Shown here one piece after another: positions 25,333 through 38,191 of a stretch of DNA of 64,000 bases; the stretch's first letter is position 1; each line of letters starts with the position of its first letter. Both the position numbers and the translations under genes were made by a program. The DNA is from Longimicrobiales bacterium. GTDB taxonomy: Bacteria > Gemmatimonadota > Gemmatimonadetes > Longimicrobiales > Gaopeijiaceae. The notes below the pieces were generated by a model. It was not told the origin of the DNA. It worked only from the letters and a program-made list of their open reading frames with translations, and did no database searches. The stretch lies in assembly GCA_965204735.1 (NCBI GenBank), contig OZ242008.1, forward strand, positions 3,712,001-3,776,000. Direction: 5' to 3'.

Positions 25333-25974
25333 TCACGCCCGGGAACGGGACAGCTCCGCCGCCCGCATCGCCGTGTTCAGGATCTTGTCGTAGTCGGCGC
25401 AGCGGCAGAGGTTGCCCGCCAAGTGCTCGGCGGCTTCGTCTCTGGTCGGCGTCGGGTTCTTCTCCAGCATGGCGACCATGCTCATGACGAAGCCAGGCGC
25501 GCAGAAGGCGCACTGGAAGCCGCCCTCGTCGATCACCGCCTGCTGCACCGGGTGGAGCCGGCCCTCCTCCTCCAGCCCCTCGACCGTCGTGACCGCCCGC
25601 CCCCGCACCGAGTGGGTCAGGATCGAGCAGCCGTAGTGGGACACGCCGTCGATCAGCACCGTGCAGGCGCCGCACTCGGCCCGGTCGCACCCCAGCTTGG
25701 TGCCGGTCAGCCCCAGCTTGTAGCGGAGCGTCATGGCCAGCGTCTCCTGCTTCATGACGTCCACGCGCCGCTGCTGGCCGTTGACTTCCAGGGCGATCAG
25801 CCGCTCCACGGCTCCCTGGGCGAGTCCGCCGGCGGGGGCGCCCGCCAGCAGGCCGCTTCCCCGGAAGAGGTAGCCCGACGCCGAGACCGTGGCCCCCGCG
25901 GCGATCACTCCCTTGATGAACTTCCGGCGCGTGAAGCCGCCTCGCCTGGACTGGATGAACTCTGCGTCCAGCAT
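25333..25974 (-). CDS. Mo-hydroxylase 2Fe-2S subunit with Tat signal (PaoA/YagT-like)
   Basis: AGGAGG RBS; TRRKFIK; GCDRAECGACT; QCAFC; CRC. Confidence 0.88.
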   Translation of the reverse strand: MLDAEFIQSRRGGFTRRKFIKGVIAAGATVSASGYLFRGSGLLAGAPAGGLAQGAVERLIALEVNGQQRRVDVMKQETLAMTLRYKLGLTGTKLGCDRAECGACTVLIDGVSHYGCSILTHSVRGRAVTTVEGLEEEGRLHPVQQAVIDEGGFQCAFCAPGFVMSMVAMLEKNPTPTRDEAAEHLAGNLCRCADYDKILNTAMRAAELSRSRA

Positions 25975-26179
25975 CGGAATCTGCACCTCCTTGGGGGTGG
26001 GACGGCGTTGTCGGGGGACATAGTACGGCGCGATCGGGGTTCGCGCGAGTCCAAGGCCCCCGCCGGAACGCTCCCGCCTTCGCGACGGAGGCCGTCCGAA
26101 CTCGCTCACGGGGGACGGCAGGAGTACTCTTGGTACTCACCCGCGCCCCTCCACGAGTCTCGAGCATGGAGGAGAAGAC

Positions 26180-26782
26180 ATGACCGCGACTCGACTGGCT
26201 CCCACGGTTGTCGTGTGCGTCTTCTCGCTCGCCTGCGGAGAACCCCACAGCCAGTTGCCAGGCGAGGCGTCGCCCATGGAGGCGCTGATGGCGGTCGCCA
26301 TCCCGACCGCTCTGGAGCTGCATGCGAACGAGTACCAGCGCTCGCGCGCTCGGGTCGAGGCCATGTACTACGACGATGTCGCTCGGGGTCGGAGCGCCAT
26401 GGCTCTGGATTCCTTCTATGCCGCTTTTTTTGATTCCCCGCTCAACTTGGACGTCATCACCATGATGCAACCCATGCCAAGTGCCGCGGTCGATCCTGTT
26501 GCCCGCGAAGCGTGGGCAAGCGTTGCGCCTCGTTGGCATACCTCCAGTGTCGACAGTTGGCACTGCGAAGGTCCTGTCGGCGACAATCGATGCACGCTGG
26601 ACGGAGTGGCGGTGTCCCTTGGTCGGCTGGTGTTGGAGGACGACGGCCATGCGTGGGTGAGATTGACGATTACGGAACAGACGTCGGCCGGCGATCTCGG
26701 CCACACGTTCTACGACATGCAATTCAACATGGACGTCGATACCTGGCGTTACCGCAAGGTGGAAATCGGCTATGCACATTAG
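26180..26782 (+). CDS. putative lipoprotein
   Basis: GGAG RBS; hydrophobic signal ending in lipobox FSLAC. Confidence 0.65.
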   Translation: MTATRLAPTVVVCVFSLACGEPHSQLPGEASPMEALMAVAIPTALELHANEYQRSRARVEAMYYDDVARGRSAMALDSFYAAFFDSPLNLDVITMMQPMPSAAVDPVAREAWASVAPRWHTSSVDSWHCEGPVGDNRCTLDGVAVSLGRLVLEDDGHAWVRLTITEQTSAGDLGHTFYDMQFNMDVDTWRYRKVEIGYAH

Positions 26783-27058
26783 GAGGACAGGGTCCATTGC
26801 GGCGGCTCCATTCACTCGACGAGCGAGGGCCAGCTGAAGCAGGTCCGCGACGCACAGAAGTTGCCAAGCAAGACTACGGGAAGTCGACCGCAGGACAGTC
26901 GAGCAGCCGCCCCGGCCGTTTCGGCCCGCTCGGCTTGCGCCGCCCGCCCACTCCTCCCCATAGTGACCGACGGAGTCCAGGGCCGACACGTGCGACACGC
27001 CAGTCGCGCCGCGACCGCGGTCCGGGACCGCCCCCTGCGACCCCCACCGGGAGACGCC

Positions 27059-29919
<2,861 letters not shown>

Positions 29920-29941
29920 CCGCAAAGAGAGGAGACGACCG

Positions 29942-30739
29942 ATGCAGGAGTTCCAGTACCACGCCCCCGACTCGGTGGACGGCGCCGTGAGCGCGCTCCG
30001 GGAAGGGCAGGACGGCAAGGTGATGGCGGGCGGGATGAGCCTCCTCCCCCTCATGAAGCTCGAACTGGCGGCGCCGGGCGGGTTGGTGTCGCTGGCCAAG
30101 GTCTCGGGCTTGGACGAGATCGTCGACGCCGACGGCCAGGTCGAGATCGGCGCCCTCTGCACACACGCCCAGGTGGCGGCGTCAAAGGTGGTGCGGCGCC
30201 GGATCCCCGCCTTGGCCGCCATGGCGGGGGGAATCGGCGACCCGCAGGTGCGCAACCGGGGCACGATCGGCGGCTCGCTGGCCCACAACGACCCCGCGGC
30301 CGACTACCCGGCGGCGTGCCTGGCGCTGGGGGCGACGGTGGCGACGGACCGGCGCGAGATCGCTGCCGACGACTTCTTCCAGGGCATGTTCCTGACCGCC
30401 TTGGAGGACGACGAGGTGATCACGGCGGTCCGCTTCCCCGTGCCCAAGCGAGCCGGCTGGGCCAAGTTCCCGAACCCGGCGTCCAAGTACGCCGTGGCCG
30501 GGGTCATGGCGGCCGACGGGTCCGCGGGCGTGCGCGTGGCGGTGACCGGCGCGTCGGGCGACGGCGTGTTCCGCGCGAGCGAGATGGAGGCGGCGCTGGC
30601 GTCGTCCTTCGAGGCGGAGTCGGTGGCGGGCGTTGCGATGCCGGCCGAAGGGATGCTCTCCGACGACGCCGCAGGCGCCGAGTACCGGGCCCACCTGGTG
30701 ACCGTGATGGCCAAGCGGGCCGTGGAGGCTTGCGGGTAG
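29942..30739 (+). CDS. coxM: CoxM-like FAD subunit
   Basis: AGGMSLLP; DPQVRNRGTIGGS; DPAADYP. Confidence 0.87.
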   Translation: MQEFQYHAPDSVDGAVSALREGQDGKVMAGGMSLLPLMKLELAAPGGLVSLAKVSGLDEIVDADGQVEIGALCTHAQVAASKVVRRRIPALAAMAGGIGDPQVRNRGTIGGSLAHNDPAADYPAACLALGATVATDRREIAADDFFQGMFLTALEDDEVITAVRFPVPKRAGWAKFPNPASKYAVAGVMAADGSAGVRVAVTGASGDGVFRASEMEAALASSFEAESVAGVAMPAEGMLSDDAAGAEYRAHLVTVMAKRAVEACG

Positions 30740-30752
30740 GGAGGACTGGGGA

Positions 30753-32090
30753 CTAGTTCCCGTCGCGCAGGTCGGCCAGCCGCCTCTCCAGCTTCTCTGG
30801 CGCGCCGAAGGCGAAGGTGCGGCCTTCCCGCCACTGCAACAGCAGGTCGTGGGCAGCCAGCTCCAGCAGGTCGGTGCGGGCGGTGTCGTAGGCGACGCCG
30901 TGGCTGCGGCGATGAGATCGTATCGTGTAGCGCGCGCCCGGATGCCGAACCGCGTGGGCCAGCAAGGCTCGCTGACGGTGGTTGAAGTGGGCGACGCGGG
31001 CGAGCAGCCGGTCGAGCTGCCGAACCTGAGCCGCCTTGCGGTCCAACCAACGGTTCAGGTCTTCCACGGCGCGACGGATCACGTTCAGCTGGTGCACGAC
31101 GAAGTACGTGAGGTCGTTTCCGTCGGTCTCCGTGTGCAGAAAGGCCCGCCCGTACTCGCCGGGCTCCCGTCGCAAGATGCGCGAGATGGAGATGTACTCG
31201 GCGAGCCAGTAGCCCTGGGAGAGCAGCGACCAGTAGAAGATCGCCCTGGCGGTACGGCCGTTGCCGTCGACGAACGGATGGTCGTAACCGACCCAGAAGT
31301 GCAGCACGATGGCCCTCAGGACGGGATGGAGGAAGGGGTCCTCGGGCCGATTCCGTGTGTTGGCGAACCGGCACATCGCTTCCAAGCGTTCCTCGAGCTC
31401 GCGAGCCGGGGGAGGGCGGTGGAGAACGGTTCCGTATCGGTCCATGACCCGAATGCGGTCCGCCTCGCTTCGAAGCTGCCCGGCCTTCTTCGCGTCCGGA
31501 AGCGTGTCCTCGACAACCAATCGGTGAAGATCGAACACCAGCGTCGGCGTCAGCGCCTCGGCCGCGTTGCGCTTCGCGAACTCCATCGCATGGAAGTTGT
31601 TCAAGATCATCCGCTCTCCGTGGTCGTTGGGCTTGCGTCCGGAGCGCAGCATTTCTCGGGCCACCTTGGATGTCGTCGCAGCCCCCTCGAGCTGACTGCT
31701 CGTGATCGCTTCCTCGACCAGGGAGTCGAAGACGTATCGGTCCCGGGTGGCTGGATTGGCGACTTCCTCTCCGATCTGCACTCGTCCGCTCGCAAGCTGG
31801 TCGATCTCGTGGACCAGCCGCAGGACGGGATCGGGCATCCCCACCCTGAAGCGCGCTCCGTCGGTGTCGCGGAGCGGAACTGGGTTCAGCAATCGATTGC
31901 GGGCCAGCCTGATTCCCAGCCACCACTCTTCCGACGAGAGGCCCGAAGGCGGAACGAGCCTGATCACCTTTTCCCAAGGAGCGTACTCGCCGCCAACCAG
32001 CGGAGGAAGATGGACAATTTGCGGAATCCTGTCTCGATCGATCCTCTGGAAGAGCTCCTCGACCGACGGAGGCGCCAACGGCAGTCTCAT
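30753..32090 (-). CDS. Fic family protein with C-terminal HTH
   Basis: Canonical HPFVDGNGRTAR motif; EAITSSQLEG; TARTDLLEL. Confidence 0.9.
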   Translation of the reverse strand: MRLPLAPPSVEELFQRIDRDRIPQIVHLPPLVGGEYAPWEKVIRLVPPSGLSSEEWWLGIRLARNRLLNPVPLRDTDGARFRVGMPDPVLRLVHEIDQLASGRVQIGEEVANPATRDRYVFDSLVEEAITSSQLEGAATTSKVAREMLRSGRKPNDHGERMILNNFHAMEFAKRNAAEALTPTLVFDLHRLVVEDTLPDAKKAGQLRSEADRIRVMDRYGTVLHRPPPARELEERLEAMCRFANTRNRPEDPFLHPVLRAIVLHFWVGYDHPFVDGNGRTARAIFYWSLLSQGYWLAEYISISRILRREPGEYGRAFLHTETDGNDLTYFVVHQLNVIRRAVEDLNRWLDRKAAQVRQLDRLLARVAHFNHRQRALLAHAVRHPGARYTIRSHRRSHGVAYDTARTDLLELAAHDLLLQWREGRTFAFGAPEKLERRLADLRDGN

Positions 32091-32294
32091 CGCTTCCTCT
32101 CATGCATCGAGGATGCGCGGACAGGCGAGACGCGCGTCTCATCGTTCCCCGCCTGCCGCACGCCTCAAGGGGCGGGCAGCCTTCTTACCAATGATATACC
32201 GATTCATGCGGATTTGGTAGTCCGATACCGATCATCTACCAAACCATACTGAATTCGGTAGATGCGCGCGGGCGTCGTAGATTCGCGCAGGGCG

Positions 32295-33215
32295 TCAGAG
32301 CTTTCGCAGCCGGACCGGCCGCAGGCCCAGGTGGACCGTCCGGGCGATCGCCCACACTTCGTCGAAGGTCCGCTTGAGGAGCACGGGCGTCGCAGCGAGC
32401 CAGCGGACCATCGCCCCGGCGCCGTCCAGCAGACTCGCCCCGCCGACCACGCCCTCTGCTTCGTGCAGCAGCGCGTCGGCCTGGGCGGCCGCCTCTTCAA
32501 GGGAGCTTCCGGCCCCGCCCAGCACGTAGAACGAGCCCAGGTAGGGGTAGGGCTCGAACAGCCCCAGGCCCGTGGGAGTGCAGGCGCCGCCGGAGCTTTG
32601 CGGACGCACGTCCATGGCGTCGGCGAGGAGCGGCGCGTCGCCGATTCGCGCGCGGAAGCGAAGGGCGACCTGCGCATACTCGAACGCCTCGCCAGACGCC
32701 GCGCGCCCAGGGTAGAGCATCTCGCCGTACAGCAGCTTGGCGGTCTCGTGAAGCTTGGCGTCGACCGTCTGGCGGTAGATCGAGCCCCCGTAGGGAATGA
32801 CCGGGTCGGGAACGACCTCCAGCGCCGAGCCCGCCTCCATTGCGATCGTCATCGTGGAGACCACGGGCTGGCCGAGGCTGCGGTACGCCTTGGTGGCGCC
32901 CTGGGTCGTCCAGAGGACGCGGGCGTTCCTGCCCAGCGCGACGTCGGCGTGGAGGCGGTCGCCGCCGACGTGGCCGCCGGTGGGGTTGACCAGCGTCAGA
33001 TGGGCCGGGTCGCCGCCTTCGGGATAGAGCGGGCGCAGGACTTGCAGGGGAACCCTGGAGAAGGCGTCGCGAAGGATGGTTCGTTCGCCGGACCGCTCGA
33101 AGACGCACAGCGCCGTGCCGTGACGTCCGACGTGGGCGGGCTCGGGCTGCGCGAAACGGGGCGCGGCCCTGTCGGTCGGCGTCGCGGGGGCGCCCGGCGC
33201 GTTCGGCGCCGTCAC
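32295..33215 (-). CDS. ureD: urease accessory protein UreD
   Basis: PLQVLRP, NPTGG..GGD, TTQGATK, PGR...GE.F; GTGA overlap with ureG. Confidence 0.88.
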   Translation of the reverse strand: MTAPNAPGAPATPTDRAAPRFAQPEPAHVGRHGTALCVFERSGERTILRDAFSRVPLQVLRPLYPEGGDPAHLTLVNPTGGHVGGDRLHADVALGRNARVLWTTQGATKAYRSLGQPVVSTMTIAMEAGSALEVVPDPVIPYGGSIYRQTVDAKLHETAKLLYGEMLYPGRAASGEAFEYAQVALRFRARIGDAPLLADAMDVRPQSSGGACTPTGLGLFEPYPYLGSFYVLGGAGSSLEEAAAQADALLHEAEGVVGGASLLDGAGAMVRWLAATPVLLKRTFDEVWAIARTVHLGLRPVRLRKL

Positions 33216-33820
33216 GCTTCCACGAACAGCAGCTCCGACTCGATCCAGGCGATCACGTCGTCCACGCCTTCCCCGGCCTTCAGGTTGGTGAAGAGGAAGG
33301 GCTTGTCGCCGCGCATCTTCTTGGCGTCGCGGTCCATCACGTCCAGGCTGGCGCCCACCAGCGGGGCCAAGTCCGTCTTGTTGACCAGAAGCAGCTCGGA
33401 CCGGGTGATGCCAGGACCGCCCTTGCGGGGGATCTTGTCGCCCGCCGACACGTCGATGACGTAGATCGACGCGTCCACGAGCTCGGGGCTGAAGGTCGCC
33501 GCCAGGTTGTCGCCGCCGCTTTCGACGAAGAGGATGTCCAGGGGCGCGAACCGGGCCTCCAGCTGCTCCATGGCGTCCCGGTTGAGGGAGATGTCCTCGC
33601 GGATCGCGGTGTGAGGACAGCCGCCGGTCTCGACGCCGGTGATCCGCTGGGCGGGCAAGGCGCCGCTGCGGACCAGGAACTCGGCGTCCTCCTTCGTGTA
33701 GATGTCGTTGGTGACGACGGCGATTGCGTACTTGTCGCGGAGCCGCTTGCACAGCACGTCCACCAGCGCCGTCTTGCCGGTTCCCACCGGGCCGCCGACG
33801 CCGATCTTCACGGGCTTCAT
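33212..33820 (-). CDS. ureG: urease accessory GTPase UreG
   Basis: [27 protein letters not shown]. Confidence 0.95.
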   Translation of the reverse strand: MKPVKIGVGGPVGTGKTALVDVLCKRLRDKYAIAVVTNDIYTKEDAEFLVRSGALPAQRITGVETGGCPHTAIREDISLNRDAMEQLEARFAPLDILFVESGGDNLAATFSPELVDASIYVIDVSAGDKIPRKGGPGITRSELLLVNKTDLAPLVGASLDVMDRDAKKMRGDKPFLFTNLKAGEGVDDVIAWIESELLFVEA

Positions 33821-33860
33821 CGTGTGCTCTCCTCTCTGCTGGTTGCGTCTCCCCGCGCGG

Positions 33861-34556
33861 TCACGTCACGAAGAGCCTCGTGTGCAGCCGCTTGTGGGCG
33901 ATGGCCCTGATCTCGTGGCCGGGTCCAGTCGAATACGCTTCTTCCACGGGCCGGGCAAGGGCGACCTCGACCGCCGTCGCCGCGGCTTCTTCCGTCTCCG
34001 CCACGACCCGCTGGCCGTCGGTCTGGCCCAGCGGCACCAAGCGCACCGCCGCGGAGACCAGCCCTGAAACGACGCCGTAGCAAAGCGACTCCAGCGCTTG
34101 GCGGACTCCGATCCCCAGCGCGTGGGCGGCCACCCCCAGCGCCAGCGGGTAGTGCCCGGGAGAGCGGCCCGCCCGGACGACCCCCTCGTAGCGGAGGAGG
34201 AAGGCGTTGTCTGCGCATCCCGCCATTGTGCGGAGAAACTGGCGCCCGACGGTGCTGCTGGCCTGCCGCAGCGACGCCACGGGCTTGGCCGCGGAGAACG
34301 CCCGGTCGAGCGCTCGCAGGCGGTCCATCTCTTCGTGCTGGGCGCAGGAGTGCGCCTCTCGCAAGTACGGTCCGTCGAGAGGGCCGGTGCTGTGCAGCAG
34401 GACGTTCTCGGCGAACTCGCGCAAGGAACGCGCATCCGTCATCGCGCCCTCGGCCACGTAGCTCTCCAGCCCCAGGGAGTGGGCGAACGAGCCCCGTGGG
34501 AAGGCCGAGTCCGAGATCTGGAGGAGCCGCCACGCAGAGGCGTCTTCAGTGGTGAT
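33861..34556 (-). CDS. ureF: urease accessory protein UreF (non-canonical start inferred)
   Basis: In-frame [21 protein letters not shown] lies upstream of the annotated GTG; RLVPLGQ; C-terminal RLFVT. Confidence 0.85.
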   Translation of the reverse strand: MTTEDASAWRLLQISDSAFPRGSFAHSLGLESYVAEGAMTDARSLREFAENVLLHSTGPLDGPYLREAHSCAQHEEMDRLRALDRAFSAAKPVASLRQASSTVGRQFLRTMAGCADNAFLLRYEGVVRAGRSPGHYPLALGVAAHALGIGVRQALESLCYGVVSGLVSAAVRLVPLGQTDGQRVVAETEEAAATAVEVALARPVEEAYSTGPGHEIRAIAHKRLHTRLFVT

Positions 34557-34983
34557 GGTACGCGCCGAAGTCGTGGGTGAAGGGCTCCTTCGCGCGTTCG
34601 CAGCGGACGCCCATCTTCCGAAAGTACTCCTCGACCACGTGGTCGTAGGGGGTGAGGATGCGGTCCTCTTTCACCTGAATCGGCGCGTGGCGGTTGCCGA
34701 CCTGAAAGGCGACGCGCCCCATCTCCACCGGCGACCCGGGACGCAGCACGAGCACGTCCTCGGGGACCGTCGCCACGACCACGACCCGCTCGTCGTCTTC
34801 GTGAAGGACGTCCCCTTCGTGCATTGCCTGGCCCGTCGGAAGGCCGATTCCCAGCTCGGTGCCGTGGTCCGTGGTCGCCCGCTGCCGGCTCCGCAGGCGG
34901 TCCTCCCAGCCCATGGGCACGCGCTCGACGCGCCGGGTCTCGCCGTCGGAGAGCTTCCCGACGATCCGGTCCACGACGATCAC
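34546..34983 (-). CDS. ureE: urease accessory protein UreE
   Basis: RLRSRQR, GDVL, QVGNRHAP, C-terminal YHHH. Confidence 0.88.
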   Translation of the reverse strand: MIVVDRIVGKLSDGETRRVERVPMGWEDRLRSRQRATTDHGTELGIGLPTGQAMHEGDVLHEDDERVVVVATVPEDVLVLRPGSPVEMGRVAFQVGNRHAPIQVKEDRILTPYDHVVEEYFRKMGVRCERAKEPFTHDFGAYHHH

Positions 34984-34988
34984 GGCGG

Positions 34989-36707
34989 TCAGAAGAGGAA
35001 GTAGCGCTGGGCCATCGGCAACACTGTCGCGGGCTCGCACGCGAGCGTTTCCCCGTCGGCCTTCACGACGTAGGTCTCCGGGTCCACCTCGATGCGGGGC
35101 GCGTAGTCGTTCAGGCGCATCTCCGCCTTGCCGATCCCCCGGCAGCCGCGCACGGGCTCGACCTGCTTGCGCAGCCCCAGCCGCTCTCCGATCCCGGCCT
35201 CTGCGGCGGCGGCCGACACGAACGCGAAGCACGTCGGACCCACGGCTCCGCCCATGGCGCCGAACATCGGCCTGCCCAGGATCGGCTGGGGCGTGGGGAT
35301 CGACGCGTTGGGGTCGCCCATGGCGGCGTGGGCGATGAACCCGCCCTTGATCACGACTTCGGGCTTCACGCCGAAGAACGCCGGACTCCACAGCACCAGG
35401 TCGGCCGCCTTCCCCGGCTCCACGGAGCCCACGCAGTGCGAGATTCCATGGGCCACGGCCGGGTTGATCGTGTACTTGGCCACGTAGCGCTTGGCCCGGA
35501 AGTTGTCGTTCGACCCCGTCTCCTCCGGCAACGGCCCCCGCTGGCGCTTCATCTTGTCGGCGGTTTGCCATGTGCGCACGATCGTCTCGCCCACCCGCCC
35601 CATCGCCTGCGAGTCGGACCCCATGACGCTGAACGCCCCCAAGTCGTGCAGGATGTCCTCGGCGGCGATCGTCTCGGCCCGGATGCGCGACTCGGCGAAG
35701 GCCACGTCCTCCGGGATCTTGCTGTCCAGGTGGTGGCACACCATGAGCATGTCCAGGTGCTCGTCCACCGTGTTCACCGTGAAGGGCCGGGTCGGGTTGG
35801 TGGACGACGGCAGCACGTTGGCCTCGCCGCACACCCGGATGATGTCGGGCGCGTGGCCGCCTCCTGCGCCCTCGGTGTGGTAGGTGTGGATCGTCCGGCC
35901 CTTGAAGGCGGCAATCGACGCTTCGACGAAGCCGGACTCGTTGAGGGTGTCGGTGTGGATGCACACCTGCACGTCCATCTCGTCGGCCACGCTCAGGCAG
36001 CAATCGATCGCCGCCGGCGTGGTGCCCCAGTCCTCGTGGAGCTTCAGCCCCGCGGCTCCGGCGCGGATCTGCTCGGCCAGCGGCTCCGGGCGAGAGGCGT
36101 TGCCCTTGCCCAGGAAGCCCAGGTTCACCGGATAAGCCTCGGCGGCCTGCAGCATCCGGGCGGTGTTCCACGCGCCCGGGGTGCAGGTGGTGGCCTTGGT
36201 GCCCGTGGCGGGTCCCGTGCCGCCGCCGAACATCGTGGTGACCCCCGACGAAAGGGCCTCGTCGATCTGCTGGGGGCAGATGAAGTGGACGTGGGTGTCG
36301 ATCCCGCCCGCCGTGAGGATCAAGCCTTCGCCCGCCACGACCTCGGTGGACGCGCCCACTACCATCTCCGGGTCCACGCCCGCCATCAGGTGGGGGTTCC
36401 CCGACTTGCCGACGCCCGCGATCGATCCGTCCTTGACGCCCACGTCGGCCTTGACGACGCCCCAGTAGTCCAGGATCAGAGCGTTGGTGATCACCAGGTC
36501 GAGGGCGGCGCCGGCGCGGGTCTCGGTGGGCGACTGCCCCAAGCCGTCGCGCAGCACCTTCCCGCCGCCGAACTTGGCCTCGTCGCCGTAGACGGTCCGG
36601 TCCTCCTCCACCTCGACGAAGAGCTCGGTGTCGGCCAGCCTCACCTTGTCCCCCGTGGTGGGCCCGAACATGTCGGCGTAGGACCGCCGGTCCATGCGGA
36701 AGCTCAC
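34989..36707 (-). CDS. ureC: urease alpha subunit
   Basis: [33 protein letters not shown]. Confidence 0.97.
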   Translation of the reverse strand: MSFRMDRRSYADMFGPTTGDKVRLADTELFVEVEEDRTVYGDEAKFGGGKVLRDGLGQSPTETRAGAALDLVITNALILDYWGVVKADVGVKDGSIAGVGKSGNPHLMAGVDPEMVVGASTEVVAGEGLILTAGGIDTHVHFICPQQIDEALSSGVTTMFGGGTGPATGTKATTCTPGAWNTARMLQAAEAYPVNLGFLGKGNASRPEPLAEQIRAGAAGLKLHEDWGTTPAAIDCCLSVADEMDVQVCIHTDTLNESGFVEASIAAFKGRTIHTYHTEGAGGGHAPDIIRVCGEANVLPSSTNPTRPFTVNTVDEHLDMLMVCHHLDSKIPEDVAFAESRIRAETIAAEDILHDLGAFSVMGSDSQAMGRVGETIVRTWQTADKMKRQRGPLPEETGSNDNFRAKRYVAKYTINPAVAHGISHCVGSVEPGKAADLVLWSPAFFGVKPEVVIKGGFIAHAAMGDPNASIPTPQPILGRPMFGAMGGAVGPTCFAFVSAAAAEAGIGERLGLRKQVEPVRGCRGIGKAEMRLNDYAPRIEVDPETYVVKADGETLACEPATVLPMAQRYFLF

Positions 36708-37114
36708 TGGCCGGCGCCTTCGGAGCTGGACGCGCTTGCGGACGTGTCCGCCCCCATGTAGCCCTCGGCGCAGGCCTTCTCCAGGGCGTCCTGCCGGACC
36801 TTCTCCGAAGCTGCGGGGCCGTCGGCAAGGGCGTTGAGCCCCAGGATCGTCCGGCCGCCCGCGAACTCCACCAGCACGACCTCCCGCTCGTCTCCCGGCT
36901 CGAAGCGCACCGCCGTTCCCGCCGGGATGTCGAGCCGCATTCCGAAGGCCGCGGCCCGGTCGAAGTCGAGGAAGCGGTTCACCTCGAAGAAGTGGAAGTG
37001 GGACCCGACCTGGATCGGCCGGTCGCCCCGGTTGGCCACGACCAGCGCCGTGGTGCGCCGTCCTTCGTTCAGGACGATCTCGCCTTCGCCCAGGACGTAC
37101 TCGCCGGGGATCAT
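36704..37114 (-). CDS. ureB: urease beta subunit
   Basis: [27 protein letters not shown]. Confidence 0.95.
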   Translation of the reverse strand: MIPGEYVLGEGEIVLNEGRRTTALVVANRGDRPIQVGSHFHFFEVNRFLDFDRAAAFGMRLDIPAGTAVRFEPGDEREVVLVEFAGGRTILGLNALADGPAASEKVRQDALEKACAEGYMGADTSASASSSEGAGQ

Positions 37115-37413
37115 CGGATGGGGTCGTGAACGGTCACCAGCTTGGTGCCGTCGGGAAAGGTGCACTCGACCTGGACTTCGTGGATCATCTCGGGAACGCC
37201 CTCCATCACGTCCTTGCGGGTCAGGACTTCGGCGCCTCGGCGCATCAGCTCGGCGACCGAGCAACCGTCCCGGGCGCCTTCCAGCACGTCGGCGGTGATG
37301 AGCGCCACCGCCTCCGGGTGGTTGAGCTTGACGCCCCGGGCGAGGCGCTTCCAGGCCAGCTCGGCCGCCACGAAGATCAGCAGCTTCTCCTGCTCTCGCG
37401 GGGTCAGGCGCAT
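37111..37413 (-). CDS. ureA: urease gamma subunit
   Basis: [28 protein letters not shown]. Confidence 0.95.
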   Translation of the reverse strand: MRLTPREQEKLLIFVAAELAWKRLARGVKLNHPEAVALITADVLEGARDGCSVAELMRRGAEVLTRKDVMEGVPEMIHEVQVECTFPDGTKLVTVHDPIR

Positions 37414-38191
37414 CGGCGTTTCAAGTTGGGCGAGGTCCTCGAAGGCGCGGTCCGGCAACCGGGACGAAGCGCACCGTGGCGGCTCTCCAACGATGGAGCC
37501 GAGACGGGGGCCGGGCAAGGACTGGGAGCTTGCGGGGAGGCGGACGCCGCGACGCTGGAGGCGTACTGGCGACTGATCTTGAACCGGGCAAGGACGGGGC
37601 TTGTGGGGAAGCGGGTGCCAGGGGCAGCAGCGGGTGCCAGAGGGGCAGCAGCCTGGGACCGCGAAGGGACTAGACCGCCGGCTCGCCGCATGCGACCTTC
37701 AATTCGCGATGGCGATCCGTCAATTCGCCAAGATCATCCCGACCGCCCTCTTTCTGTACTCCATGGGGAAGCTAAATGGTCCGCTTCGACATCCTGCCCC
37801 GCCTGCTCCCAGACCGGTACTACGATACGCTCCAAGAGGCATTGGAAGAGGTATCGTACAGGAAGATGTCGCAGGTCGCAGACGACGCGGTGACCCGGTT
37901 CGACAAGTTGCCCTATGGTAGCTATCGGGTCTACACGGTATCGCTTCGTGCGGCGATGGACGTGATCGCGGATGGAGCCGACCCCACACCGTTGTTGGGT
38001 CACTCCTCGTCGCACATCGTCCAACACAACAAGGAGACAGCACTGAGATGAGCAGTGAGACCCGAATCGTGGCTTCGCCACCTCAAGACAATGAGGGCCA
38101 GCTCGAGATGTGGAAGGAAATGGTTGCTGTTGAGAGATTGGCTTTGCGGCTGTCGTAACAACGCACAGGTTGACGCAAGTCCGCCGTCGCG

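Noticed and set aside
37601..38051. ORFs upstream of ureA
   Set aside because: Overlapping short frames, possibly a frameshifted remnant; no family recognised
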